A stretch of 64,000 nt of DNA from an uncultured Methylomirabilota bacterium (GCA_963705305.1 OY970067.1:1984001-2048000), one strand, 5' to 3'. Numbered from the stretch's first letter, positions 1 through 10,435 are shown. Translations and numbers: made by a program. Notes: a model not told the origin generated them from the letters alone.

Positions 1-213
1 GAGGTGTTCTTCATCACCGAGCGAGCCGTGTTTCGCTTGACTGCCGAGGGTGTTGAGTTGGCCGAAGTGGCGCCGGGCGTTGACATTGACAAGGATATCC
101 TTGCCCACATGGGTTTCAAGCCGAAAACCGCAAGAGATCTGCGGCCCATGGACAAGAGGCTGTTCCTTCCTGGTGCCATGGGAATCAAGCAGGAGCTATT
201 CGAGGGAAGGTAA
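1..213 (+). CDS. C-terminal fragment of a fused acyl-CoA:acetate CoA-transferase (YdiF/Pct family), truncated by the window edge
   Basis: ITERAVFRLTAEGVELAEVAPGVDIDKDILAHMGF is the typical C-terminus of family I fused CoA-transferases; similar to the C-terminus of 58565-60160. Confidence 0.85.
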   Translation, partial: EVFFITERAVFRLTAEGVELAEVAPGVDIDKDILAHMGFKPKTARDLRPMDKRLFLPGAMGIKQELFEGR

Positions 214-355
214 TTGGCTGCTGCCTCTCGCAGGAGAACGGCGGGGCTAGTTCAGAACCAGAGGTGTCCCGTCCGAGGGAGGATGCCCGGATGGGACGCG
301 GTATTGCGCCGCGCGTGAGGAGGCGAAGCACGTGGGCAAAGGAGTGGGTGCGTCG

Positions 356-1042
356 ATGGAGCTCGGCGAGAGTATTCGGGAGCGACGGAGCATTCGGAAA
401 TTCACGTCGGAGCCGGTTCCCCGGAAGATTCTCCGGGAGATTCTGTCAGCCGCCCTGTGGGCGCCGTCGTCGATCAACACCCAACCCTGGGAATGCTGGG
501 TGGCAGGGGGGAAGAACTTGAAGGCGTTGGCCCAGGCCCTCTGTGACGAGGGCGCCAAGGGGACGCCCCCCCGTCCGGATTTCACGACTTTGGGGTTCCG
601 GAGAGAGCCCTATCTGGGGCGGATGCGAGAAAACGGCAAGCAGCTGTGGGGATTGCTGGGCTACGACCGCGAGGACAAGACGCAACGGCCGGCCTTTTTC
701 TTGTCCATGCTCAGATTTTTCGACGCACCCCAGGCGATCTTCGTCTGCCTCGACGGCCAATTGGGAGAGCTCTCGCTCTTTGATTGCGGCTGCTTTGTTC
801 AAAACATATGTCTCCTTGCTACAGCAAGGGGCCTTGGGACATGCATCGAGCAGTCGCCAGCATACTATCCCAACACGGTTCGGAAATACGTGGCCATTCC
901 CCCGGAAAAGAAGATCGTCGTCGCCATCGCGATCGGCCATCCCGATGAAAGAGCCGTTCTGAACCAGTTCCGCAGCACGCGCGGCCCTGTGGAAGAGTTT
1001 GTCCATTGGCCAGATGACGCCGAGGGCTTTATCGCCCAGTGA
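356..1042 (+). CDS. Nitroreductase family protein
   Basis: RRSIRKF, APSSINTQPW and ARGLGTC motifs; start set at the ATG after GGAG. Confidence 0.9.
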   Translation: MELGESIRERRSIRKFTSEPVPRKILREILSAALWAPSSINTQPWECWVAGGKNLKALAQALCDEGAKGTPPRPDFTTLGFRREPYLGRMRENGKQLWGLLGYDREDKTQRPAFFLSMLRFFDAPQAIFVCLDGQLGELSLFDCGCFVQNICLLATARGLGTCIEQSPAYYPNTVRKYVAIPPEKKIVVAIAIGHPDERAVLNQFRSTRGPVEEFVHWPDDAEGFIAQ

Positions 1043-1250
1043 GGTACGCAGAAGTGACACCGGCACAGGAATGATTGCCGCTGCAACGCTGTCGCGAGGC
1101 GCAGGCCGGGTGGACTCAGGCGGAAGACGTCCATGCTCCCTGCCCGAGACCGCGAGAGAGCCGCCGGAGACGACTGCTGCGCACCACGGTGTGACCAAGC
1201 GGGTCTTATTCTTGTTGACGGTCTTTGAGTCTTTCACAAGGAGGGCGACA

Positions 1251-2438
1251 ATGGCTCGGAAATGGCTTCCAGTCTACGTCACGGTGATCGCTGTCGGGGT
1301 CATGCTCCTGGCTCTGGGCGTCCCGGCCGACGCGCAGAAGGCGGACGAGGTCACGCTCGGGATCGTGGCGGAGATGACGGGGAGTGGGGCATCGACCGGT
1401 CACTTCTGGGAAAATGGGGTTTTGATGGCGGTGGAGGAAATCAACGCGGCGGGCGGGATCCTGGGGAGAAAGGTAACCACCTTCACCCTGGACACAAAGA
1501 CCGAGGCCGCCACGGGCATGGCCATGATGAGACGGGCGGTGGATAGAAAGCCCTTCGTGGTTATGGGGTCCTGCTACAGCGGTATCACCCTGGCGAATAT
1601 GCCCATCCTGCAAGCGGCAGGAATCCCCCAATTCACGGCGGCGGAAGCGCCGAGCATCACCGACCGGGGGAACCCCAATATCTTCAGAACCATGTACAGT
1701 TCGAGCCTCAGCATGCAAAAGGTGGCGTTGTGGGTAACGGATGTCCTCAAGGTCAAGCAGCTGGCGATTGTGTACGCGAACGACGAGTTTGGGCGAGGCG
1801 GGCGGGATGCCCTGGTGAAGCTCGTCCAAGCGAAAGGCGTCAAGATTGTAGCCGACCTCGGGACTGACCTTGGGCAGGCGGATTTCACCGGAGAGCTTGC
1901 GCGTGTGAAGGCATCGGGCGCAGACACGCTCTTTGCGTATATTCACGAGGAGGAAGGCGGCAGATTTTTGCGGCAGGCGAAGGAGATGGGCGTGGACCAA
2001 GCCATGCGGATCGTTGATCACGCGACGCTGGTCGGCCCGGAGACCGTAAAATTGGCCGGCAAGGCCGCCGAGGGGATTCAGGGATTCGTGGATATGAGTC
2101 AGGAGTCGAAAGCCTTCAAGCCAATCGCCCAGAAATATGAGAAGAAATACGGGCAAGTCCCTGACCACAACTTCTTCAAGGGGTACATCGGCACCTACGT
2201 TGTCAAGGCAACCGCTGAAATCGCCGGCTCTTTCGATCAGCAGAAATTCCGGGATACCCTTCATGGGCACACCCTGTGCGTCAGTAAGTATCCGGGAGTT
2301 TTGGCGAACATCCACTATGATCAGAATGGGGATCTCGACAGGGAAAGCTCCGTGGTCAAGATTCAGGATGGAAAGCAGGTCATCGTCGAGACGCTTCCCC
2401 CGCTCCATCCGGAGTGGTTTACTCAGTGCGCCAAGTGA
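1251..2438 (+). CDS. Branched-chain amino acid-type ABC transporter substrate-binding protein (LivJ/K-like)
   Basis: Signal peptide, AVEEINAAGGILGR, NDEFGRGG and DFTGELARVK motifs; GGAGG RBS. Confidence 0.9.
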   Translation: MARKWLPVYVTVIAVGVMLLALGVPADAQKADEVTLGIVAEMTGSGASTGHFWENGVLMAVEEINAAGGILGRKVTTFTLDTKTEAATGMAMMRRAVDRKPFVVMGSCYSGITLANMPILQAAGIPQFTAAEAPSITDRGNPNIFRTMYSSSLSMQKVALWVTDVLKVKQLAIVYANDEFGRGGRDALVKLVQAKGVKIVADLGTDLGQADFTGELARVKASGADTLFAYIHEEEGGRFLRQAKEMGVDQAMRIVDHATLVGPETVKLAGKAAEGIQGFVDMSQESKAFKPIAQKYEKKYGQVPDHNFFKGYIGTYVVKATAEIAGSFDQQKFRDTLHGHTLCVSKYPGVLANIHYDQNGDLDRESSVVKIQDGKQVIVETLPPLHPEWFTQCAK

Positions 2439-2692
2439 GGAGTGGCGGGGCGGTATGGTACGGAGGAGGCGTCGCCGTCGGATGGTGCCTGACCTGCGGG
2501 GCCTAGCGAGCGCACCGTGCGCGCGGGACGCGCCGCCCAACGCGAGCTCTCGCAGCATGATGGAGAGGGGCCGAGGGTCCAGCAGACCTCCGGGTTGCGT
2601 GACGCCCTCCGTTGTTCTCGGGCCCTGTGAGATCGCGACGTGACGAGGGCGCGCGACCTTCCTTTGAAATTCTTGTGCAGGAGAATGGGACG

Positions 2693-3511
2693 ATGTCTGA
2701 AGGGATAATGCCCAGCGAGTACGACACGTCCAGCGCGAATCTCAAGGCGCTGGCGGACAAGCTCATCGATCTGCTCCGTATCCGCACGATCCCTGTCGGC
2801 GTGAAACTCTATGAGGATGTGGCTGAGATGGAGAACATCCCTGGCCTACGGAGGCCGACCGAGGGATACCGCTTTGCCATGTGCCAGCTGGTGACCCAGA
2901 GCCGGATGGCAGGGTTCACGCTCGGCATCACCCCCGATAACCTTCAGCAGGACAGCAACTGCGGGGGGGTCATCGGTTTCAACGCGCCGGCCGAGCAGTT
3001 GCTGACGGGGGAGTTGTTGACCGGGGTATGGTTCGCAAACCAGGACGCCGCGCGGGCGCACCAGGCGCAGATGATCCGCGTCGCGCCGGGACGCTATTCG
3101 GCCGTGGTGCTGTCGCCGCTTCGTGCCGCGCGGCTCAGCCCGCCCGATATTGTCCTCTTCTATGCGACCCCGGCGCAGACCATCCTCTTCGTCAACGGGC
3201 TGCAGTGGAAGCGCTACCGGCGCTACGACATGACCATTGTAGGGGAGAGCGCCTGTTCCGATTCGTGGGGACGGGCGCTGAAGACGCGGGAGACTTCCAT
3301 CTCGATCCCATGCTACGCGGAGCGACGCTACGGGGGAGTGGCGGAAGACGAACTGCTGGTCGCGCTGCCCCCCGAGGAGTTTGCCCGGGGGATCGAGGGG
3401 CTGGAGGGCCTGGGCAAGAGCGGCTTCCGGTATCCGATTCCGCCGTACGGGGCGCACACGGATCCCTCTATGGGCATGACACGGAGCTACACGATACGGA
3501 AGTCGTCCTGA
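2693..3511 (+). CDS. DUF169 family protein
   Basis: PVGVK, CQ, CGG, PDIVLFYATPAQ, ESACSD and PCYAERRYGG motifs. Confidence 0.8.
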   Translation: MSEGIMPSEYDTSSANLKALADKLIDLLRIRTIPVGVKLYEDVAEMENIPGLRRPTEGYRFAMCQLVTQSRMAGFTLGITPDNLQQDSNCGGVIGFNAPAEQLLTGELLTGVWFANQDAARAHQAQMIRVAPGRYSAVVLSPLRAARLSPPDIVLFYATPAQTILFVNGLQWKRYRRYDMTIVGESACSDSWGRALKTRETSISIPCYAERRYGGVAEDELLVALPPEEFARGIEGLEGLGKSGFRYPIPPYGAHTDPSMGMTRSYTIRKSS

Positions 3512-3752
3512 CGGCGAAAACGGGCTTCGGGCGGGGATTGGGCGCAGCGATATATTCCTGAATGGTGCGGATCGGGCCGGGACGCTCGCGGAGATCCTCC
3601 GGCGGATGCGACTGGTGGCGAGTACTCGGAGCCAACGCTCGACGAGGTTCAGCCGCGACGCGCCGGCGTGGATTGTGAGTGTAGATGTGAAGTGACAAGC
3701 GACAGGATGGTGACTAAGGCGTAAGCCTTACGGGTCTGCCTGAAACGTTTTG

Positions 3753-4398
3753 AGCTCTTCGTGTACTCGTGCGGGTGCGTTGTGTCCGTCTTACGGTCCC
3801 GGTAGCATGCCGGTCAGGATTTTGAGGCGCAGGTACTGTTCAGCGCGGAGGCCATACGCGCGCCGCTGGATGACGGGGATCTTGGTGTTCATCCCTTCCA
3901 CGAAGCCGAGCGAAACCTTCTCGGCCACGGTACAGCACGCGGCGATCCCGCCCCGGTTCTTCTCCATCTTGGCCGCGAACTGCCCGAAGGGGGCGAGGTT
4001 CTGCCCCTGCCGCGCGTCCTTCCGGCGATCGAAGAAGGGGCGGGTCCACCAGGCCCGGCGATATCCACACAGCTGGTCGAGCGACTCCTTGAGCAGCCAG
4101 GCGGTGTGGAGCCGCCAGTTGGCGGCCAGCAGCACCTGGAGCGGCATTTGTCCGTGCAGGGAGAGGTGCGCCCGGTGGGTGAGCCGGAGGACGCGGGCGT
4201 CGGGCCCCTCGAAGATCCTCCGGACTGTGGAGGCGGGCGAAACCCAGAGAAGCGATAGGCATCCTGAAGGCGTCGCTGATTTCGCAAGGAGCATCATGCC
4301 AGATTCTTCACCGGTGGAAAGCCCCTAAGCATCCCTGTCTCTCGGGGAATTTCTGGCGCGACAGAGGAAAAACCACCCACACAATTCCGTGAAGAGTC
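3753..4398 (-). mobile_element. Internally deleted, degenerate ISL3-family insertion sequence remnant
   Basis: Imperfect terminal inverted repeats at 3753-3777 (agctcttcgtgtactcgtgcgggtg) and 4374-4398 (reverse complement gactcttcacggaattgtgtgggtg), 17/25 identical, enclosing an ISL3 transposase C-terminal fragment. Confidence 0.8.
3791..4150 (-). pseudogene. ISL3 transposase C-terminal fragment
   Basis: LLAANWRLHTAWLLKESL...VSLGFVEGMNTKIPVIQRRAYGLRAEQYLRLKIL matches the ISL3 C-terminus; most of the protein is missing. Confidence 0.85.
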
Positions 4399-4425
4399 TC
4401 CAATCATTCGAAAGGAGTTCAGAAG

Positions 4426-5616
4426 ATGGCTAAGGCCCTCGATGGGGTCAGGGTTCTGGATTTTACCCAGTATAATACCGGCCCTCATTGTTCTATGATG
4501 TTAAGAGAGCTCGGCGCTGAAGTGATCAAAGTGGAGATCCCGGGGAAAGGTGATGCAGAGAGAGTCAGCATGCCATTGACCAAAGCGCGGGAGGCACTGC
4601 AGTTCCTTTGCCGGAACCGTGGCAAAAAAAGCATCACCCTGAACCTCAAGAGTGCAAAGGGATTGGAGATGGCCCGGCTACTGGTGACGAAGGTGGACAT
4701 CCTTCTTGAGAATTTCGCGACTGGAACTATGGAGAGGCTCGGCCTTGGCTATCAGGAATTGAGCGAGATCAACCCGTCCCTCATCTATGCTTCAATCACC
4801 GGTTTCGGGCATACGGGTCCCCGGAGCACCGAGCCGGCCTTCGACGTGATTACCCAGGCGATGGGAGGGATGATGAGTGTAACCGGCTTCCCGGATGGGC
4901 CGCCTACCAAGGCCGGGCCAGCAATGGGAGATCTCTTAGGTGCGTATAATGCCGCCATCGCCATTCTTGCGGCCCTTCATTACCGGATGAAAACGGGAGA
5001 AGGGCAGGCGATCGACATTTCCATGCAGGATGGCATATGGGCGGTTGTTTTCCCGGAACGCGCGGATTATTTCGTGACTCACGAAATCCCCAAACGATAT
5101 GGCAACAGGGCTCCACACAGCGCGCCATTTGGAAGTTACGCCGCCAAAGAAGGCTATTTTGTGATGTGCATCATAACCGATAATCAGTGGGTCAACTTCC
5201 TTCGCGTCATTGGCAGGGAGGATTTGATCGGCGATACAAGATATGACACGCGCGAGCACAGGACCTACCTCCAAGACGAAGTGACCGCCCTGGTCGAAAG
5301 TTGGAGCCAGAAAAGGAACGTGGAAGAGATACTCAATGAGCTGAAGGCTGCCCGTATCCCTTACGCACCCGTCCCCGACTTTGATCAGGTTGCCAATGAC
5401 CCACAGCTTTTGAGCCGGGAGATGATTGTTGAGGTGGAACAACCCGTTTCCGGGAAGGTGAAGCTAACCGGCTCAGTGTTTAAGATGACCCGGACGCCGG
5501 GTGACAGGCGGTTCCCCGCCCCGTCACTCGGTGAATATAATGATGAAATCTACTCCACACTTTTGGGACTCAGTCGACAGGAAATAAAGCAGTTGAGAGG
5601 CGACGGCATAATCTGA
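4426..5616 (+). CDS. Family III CoA-transferase (CaiB/BaiF)
   Basis: LDGVRVLDF, GAEVIKVE, NRGKKSITLNLK, ENF and SITGFG motifs, catalytic D in MGDLLG. Confidence 0.93.
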   Translation: MAKALDGVRVLDFTQYNTGPHCSMMLRELGAEVIKVEIPGKGDAERVSMPLTKAREALQFLCRNRGKKSITLNLKSAKGLEMARLLVTKVDILLENFATGTMERLGLGYQELSEINPSLIYASITGFGHTGPRSTEPAFDVITQAMGGMMSVTGFPDGPPTKAGPAMGDLLGAYNAAIAILAALHYRMKTGEGQAIDISMQDGIWAVVFPERADYFVTHEIPKRYGNRAPHSAPFGSYAAKEGYFVMCIITDNQWVNFLRVIGREDLIGDTRYDTREHRTYLQDEVTALVESWSQKRNVEEILNELKAARIPYAPVPDFDQVANDPQLLSREMIVEVEQPVSGKVKLTGSVFKMTRTPGDRRFPAPSLGEYNDEIYSTLLGLSRQEIKQLRGDGII

Positions 5617-6027
5617 GGGCCTTTGACGGTCGGAATAGGACCAATCGGCGGAATTATTCAGCAGGGTGGTTCCTGGCGATAGCCTGAATGCCGTGCCTTG
5701 ACGGATATGCTGTCGGTGTCCGATTTCGATGACGGGGAATATGGAGTGAGCAGCCGGGCATATTCTACCCCGATACGGGTTGAAGATACGTGGCCATTGG
5801 CCAGGAACAGAAAATCGGCATGGCCATGGAAGTCGACCATCCAGATTGAGGAAGCCATCCTGGACCGATTGCGGGGCAACCGCGGACCCTTGGAAGACTT
5901 GGTCCACCGGGAGGATGATGCCTCGGACTGTAACTCACGAGCCTGAACGTGAGGCGAGATGCACACTTCTATCGAGGGGGAGAGAGGAAGCGGCGGAGGC
6001 CGGCAGGCCGAGAAGGGGAGCGGGCGC

Positions 6028-7155
6028 ATGGTTCCATTCGACGCGGAGAAGCTCGGGCGCCTGATGGAGGAGGGGGGACTCGCCCTCCTCCTCGCCTCCA
6101 GCCGGCACAACGTCCGGTATCTCGCGGGAGGCTATGCCTACCACTTCCTCTCCCGGGCGCCGCGGTTTGGTCGGAGTCGGTACCTTCCGTTCGTCGGCCT
6201 GCCTCGGGGGCGCCTGGCAGATGCATTTTACATCGGCCGCGTGGACGAGCGCAGCCAGATCGAGGCGGAGGGGCTGTGGTTTCCCCACCGGTTTCACACC
6301 GTTCTGGGGACGGTCAGCGCAGCCGAAGGCGCAGCCTTGGCGGCGCGGCAGCTCGGCTGTGCCGAGGGAGCCATCGGTGTGGAGCTGCCCTTCCTGCCGG
6401 CAGACGCCCTGCTGGCCCTGCAGCGCGGTCTCCCGAACGCGACGTTCACCGACGCCACGCCCATCCTGGACGAGCTCCGGGCCGTCAAGACGCCTGCCGA
6501 GGTGGCCCACCTGCGGACGGTGTATGACCGGGTCGCCGAGGCGATCCGGGACGCCTTCGCCACCGGCAGGCCGGGCATGACGACCGCGGAGATCGCGCGA
6601 TCCGTGGCGCGGGAGATGGCCAGACGGGACGTCGCTTTCCTGTTTGCTTTCGCGTGCGCCGGTCCGGGGACCCTCCGGGTGCCCTCCTCTGCCCGCTGGG
6701 AGCAGGGACGCATCCTGCACATCGATGCGGGAGGAGAGGACGGGGATTACCTGGCCGACATCTGCCGGATGGGTTGCCTGGGAGAGCCTGCTCCTCTCGC
6801 CCGGGAATTGCACTCAGCCTGCATCGAGGTGCAGGGGCGGGCACGGCGGATCGTGCGCGCGGGCCTCCCGTGTCGGGAGCTGCAGGCCGAGGGAGAGCGG
6901 GCGGTCTGCGAGCAGCGATACGCGGACTACGGACGGTTCGTGGCGCACGGCATCGGCATGGTGTCCCACGAGCAGCCGGACCTCTCGGGCGGCAACCCTC
7001 GGCCGCTCGAGGCGGGCATGGTTCTTTCGATCGAGACGGATTTCATCCATCCCCAGGTCGGACACGTGAAGATTGAAGACGCCGTAGTCGTCACGAGAAC
7101 CGGATGCGAGGGGCTCGGAGACCTCGGCCGCGACTGGCACGTGATCCGAACGTGA
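6028..7155 (+). CDS. M24 family metallopeptidase (Xaa-Pro peptidase/creatinase-like)
   Basis: RAVKTPAE and metal ligands D,D,H,E,E (HID, YLAD, HGIG, SIET, KIED); start uncertain (5959 or 6028). Confidence 0.85.
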   Translation: MVPFDAEKLGRLMEEGGLALLLASSRHNVRYLAGGYAYHFLSRAPRFGRSRYLPFVGLPRGRLADAFYIGRVDERSQIEAEGLWFPHRFHTVLGTVSAAEGAALAARQLGCAEGAIGVELPFLPADALLALQRGLPNATFTDATPILDELRAVKTPAEVAHLRTVYDRVAEAIRDAFATGRPGMTTAEIARSVAREMARRDVAFLFAFACAGPGTLRVPSSARWEQGRILHIDAGGEDGDYLADICRMGCLGEPAPLARELHSACIEVQGRARRIVRAGLPCRELQAEGERAVCEQRYADYGRFVAHGIGMVSHEQPDLSGGNPRPLEAGMVLSIETDFIHPQVGHVKIEDAVVVTRTGCEGLGDLGRDWHVIRT

Positions 7156-7438
7156 CCGGCGCCATGACCCGGAGAGGCTCCTTCCTCGCTCGGCCGTCGG
7201 GCTCCGCCCGAGTCGCCGCCTGTAGCGCAGGGAAGCGCGCCCGCCCGGGCCTCTCCCCTCGTTCGCCGGATTGACACGCACCCGGGGCACAGCTCTCCGG
7301 GTGCTTGTGTCTTCATCGGGGTTCTGGTAAATATCTGGCGAACACCGGTGGCATCGGGCAGCCGGGGCCCGGAGAAGGGTCGCTCAGGCCGCCCCGGACC
7401 CGAGTCGGCCTTCACCCCTCTTCCGGAGGAGCAGCGCC

Positions 7439-8392
7439 ATGCATATTGTTTTCCCGGAGGGAAGCGGCTGTGTGCAGAAGCCGGAGGATCTCCTGCCCGT
7501 GAAGAAGTTGGGGACGGTCGACTACTACGACACGCCTCCCCAGAACAAGGCCGACCTCATCCGACGGCTCCGCGACGCGGAGGTCGTCTTCCTGGACTAC
7601 TCGGTCATGGACGCGGAGGTCATCGCGGCCTGCCCCAAGCTCAGGTTCATCTGCTTCTTCGGCATCGGCTACGGCAACTGCATCAACGTCGCGGCGGCCA
7701 CCCGGCACGGGGTGGCTGTCGCCTACACGCCGGGGTACGGCGCGACGGCCGTGGCGGAATACACGCTGGGACTCATGCTGGCCCTCACCCGGCACATCGC
7801 CGCATCCTACTACAGCCTCAGACACGGCGAGTGGCTGTCGGCTAAGTTCCAGGGAGTGGACCTCAAGGGAAAGACGCTCGGCATCGTCGGGCTGGGCCCC
7901 ATCGGCACCGACCTGGCGCGTCTCGGTGCGGGCATCGGCATGCGCCTCCTCGGCTGGACGCGGAGCGCCGCCCCGGATCGGGCCGTCCACGGGCTGACGC
8001 TGGTGTCCCTGGAGGCGCTCTTTTCCGCTGCGGACGTGGTGAGCATCCACCTGGCCTTGAATGCCCAGACGGAGCGGCTGGCCTCCCGGTCCCTGCTGGA
8101 ACGGATGAAGCCGACCGCCTACTTCGTCAACACGTCCCGGGCAAAGCTCGTGGACACCGGGGCGCTCGCCGAGCTGCTCCAGCAGGGGAAGATCGCCGGG
8201 GCGGCGCTGGACGTCCACGAGGAAGAGCCGGCACCCATGAATTACCTCTTTGCGGCCCTGCCCAACGTCCTGGTCACCCCGCACATCGCCTATAACTCCA
8301 AGGAGGCGGGGGAGAACATGCTGCGGATCGCCTATGCGACGCTCGAGGCGTTCTTGAGGGGAGAGAGGCTCCACGTGGTAAACTCCGTATGA
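7439..8392 (+). CDS. D-isomer-specific 2-hydroxyacid dehydrogenase
   Basis: GLGPIG, NTSR, AALDV..EEP and TPHIA motifs. Confidence 0.9.
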   Translation: MHIVFPEGSGCVQKPEDLLPVKKLGTVDYYDTPPQNKADLIRRLRDAEVVFLDYSVMDAEVIAACPKLRFICFFGIGYGNCINVAAATRHGVAVAYTPGYGATAVAEYTLGLMLALTRHIAASYYSLRHGEWLSAKFQGVDLKGKTLGIVGLGPIGTDLARLGAGIGMRLLGWTRSAAPDRAVHGLTLVSLEALFSAADVVSIHLALNAQTERLASRSLLERMKPTAYFVNTSRAKLVDTGALAELLQQGKIAGAALDVHEEEPAPMNYLFAALPNVLVTPHIAYNSKEAGENMLRIAYATLEAFLRGERLHVVNSV

Positions 8393-8558
8393 TCTGGACG
8401 TGGGTCGCCGCCGCCGGCGCCCCATGCAGGGGGTACGCAGCGCAGCAGCGTCCGCCCCGCGCCGTCAGGCCCCCGTTCGCGCGGCGCCCAGAGCTGGAGG
8501 CACCTAGGCGACCGCGCACGAGCGATCCGGCGCCGGTCCCTCGACCAAGGAGAGGCCC

Positions 8559-9857
8559 ATGCGATCCGACCAGCTTTTCGAGTCAGCCCAGCGACACCTG
8601 ATCGGTGGAGGAGGCGCAGGCGGCCGGTACCATCCGCTGCTCAAGCGCCCCCTGTATCTCACCCGTGGGGAAGGCTCGCGCATCTGGGATGTGGACGGGA
8701 AAGCATACATCGACTTCTTCACGGGGAGCGGGGCGAACTTCCTCGGTCACGGTCATCCCGCCATCACCGCCGCGGTCCGGCAGGCCCTGGAGATCGGGGT
8801 CATCTGCAACGGCGAGACGGAGCACCAGTCGCGGCTGGCCGACCTGGTCGCCGAGGCGGTCCCCTGCGCCGAGAAGATCCGATTCGCCAACAGCGGCACC
8901 GAGGCCACCCTGGGGGCCATCCGCATCGCGCGCGCCTACACCGGAAGGCCGAAGATCCTGAAATTCGAGGGCCACTTCCACGGCATGCAGGATTTCCTCT
9001 GGTGGAACTGCGCGACGCCCCCAGGGGAGGTGCGTTCCGACGGGACCGTGGCGCCTCTGCCCGACACCCAGGGAATGCCTGCGGCCCTCGCGGACCTCGT
9101 CGTGGTCGTCCCCTTCAACGACCCCGCCGCGTTCGAACGGGCCGTCGCGGCTCATCACACCGAGCTGGCCGGCGTGATCATGGAGCCGATCGCCTACAAC
9201 CAGGGCTGCGTCCCGGCGGATCCTGCTTTCCTCCGGCTGGTGCGCCAGCGCTGCACGGATCTCGGGATCGTCCTCATCTTCGACGAGGTTCTCTCCGGTT
9301 TCCGCATGTGCCGGGGAGGAGCCCAGCAGCACTACGGGATCACCCCCGACCTCTGCACGCTGGCCAAGGCGCTGGGCGGCGGCGTGCCCATCGCGGCCGT
9401 GTGCGGAAAGCCCGAGGTGATGTCGGTCCTGAACCCGGTGGGCCGCACGGTCATGAGCGGCACTTACACCGGCCACCTCACCGCCGTGATGGGGGCCATC
9501 GCCTGCCAGCAGGAGCTGGCCAAGCCCGACTTCTACCCCCATATCTCCCGGCTGGCCGACCGGCTGTATGCCGGAATCCGCGAGGCCCTGCGGGCCGCGG
9601 GCGTTCCGGGGGTCGTCCAGGGGATCGGCGCCCGCTTTGGCATCTACCTGGGGATCACCGATCCGGTAACAGACTACCGGCAGGCAATCCGGGCCAACCG
9701 GGGCATGGAAACCAAATTCGTCCTGGGCTGCGTGACGCGAGGGTTGTACCTCCACGACTACGGTCACACCATGCACCACGGCTTCTCCTCGCAGCACAGC
9801 GAGGCGGATATCGACGAAGCCCTGAACATCATCGAGGACTCCCTGCGAGACCTGTAG
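8559..9857 (+). CDS. Class III PLP-dependent aminotransferase (HemL/GSA-AM-like)
   Basis: WDVDGKAYID, NSGTEA, FEGHFHG, LIFDEV.SGFR and the PLP Lys in TLAKALGGG. Confidence 0.88.
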   Translation: MRSDQLFESAQRHLIGGGGAGGRYHPLLKRPLYLTRGEGSRIWDVDGKAYIDFFTGSGANFLGHGHPAITAAVRQALEIGVICNGETEHQSRLADLVAEAVPCAEKIRFANSGTEATLGAIRIARAYTGRPKILKFEGHFHGMQDFLWWNCATPPGEVRSDGTVAPLPDTQGMPAALADLVVVVPFNDPAAFERAVAAHHTELAGVIMEPIAYNQGCVPADPAFLRLVRQRCTDLGIVLIFDEVLSGFRMCRGGAQQHYGITPDLCTLAKALGGGVPIAAVCGKPEVMSVLNPVGRTVMSGTYTGHLTAVMGAIACQQELAKPDFYPHISRLADRLYAGIREALRAAGVPGVVQGIGARFGIYLGITDPVTDYRQAIRANRGMETKFVLGCVTRGLYLHDYGHTMHHGFSSQHSEADIDEALNIIEDSLRDL

Positions 9858-10041
9858 TTGATCGGCTTCCGGCGCCACCTTGTCGAGGGAGGGAGATCGT
9901 CCAGGCCCAAGCCGCTAATCCATGCCCCCGAGCGACCGGATTCGACGCTTCTTGCCCCCTGTCAACCATTATTTGCTCTCCTGCAGCCTGCTCACAAAAG
10001 CAGGCGATGGGGAACTTTATGATTTTATGGACGCTCCTCCT

Positions 10042-10154
10042 GGCCGTCCACGGATAATCCACAGGCGACCCACGGAAAAATCGAAGTTCTCCACATCGAA
10101 ACCAGCTCTATCCACAAGTTGCCCCTTGTCCTGAAAGAGGAGATGATATACCAT
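10042..10154 (+). promoter_or_regulatory. Phased DnaA-box array plus sigma-70-like promoter, copy 1
   Basis: TAATCCACA 10055, TTCTCCACA 10087 and CTATCCACA 10108 (each one mismatch to TTATCCACA); TTGTCC(10126)-17 nt-TACCAT(10149). Confidence 0.7.
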
Positions 10155-10225
10155 CGTGGTGCGCTTTCACCGGGTTCCTCGTTAGGATCACGGCTATTTT
10201 CTTCGGCTGCCAGCAGGCGGGATGG

Positions 10226-10435
10226 ATGCCGACGGATCCGAACTATTCGCCGGGATTCCTCTACAAGGGTGCCGTGCGGTTGTGCTCTCGCGGCACGGGC
10301 GACTGCCGGGGACGTGTGCGGAGATTCGCCGACGCTGCGGCGAACTCGGGTCGAGCGATCTGGGGCGAGGGACGGGACATGCGTGGGAACGATGGAGACG
10401 CCCTCGTGCGCGCTGAAGATCCGTCAAAACGGTAA
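10226..10435 (+). pseudogene. Diverged or truncated paralog of the small Zn-finger gene at 11551
   Basis: Starts MPTDPNYSPG (versus MPTDPEYSPG) with the same upstream AGGCGGGA; similarity is lost after about 10 codons. Confidence 0.45.

Noticed and set aside
5698..5946. 82-aa ORF or gene relic downstream of the CoA-transferase
   Set aside because: No recognisable motif in any frame and no clear RBS; possibly decayed coding DNA but not assignable
8559..9857. Assignment as hemL
   Set aside because: Diverged motifs and no tetrapyrrole gene context; left as a class III aminotransferase
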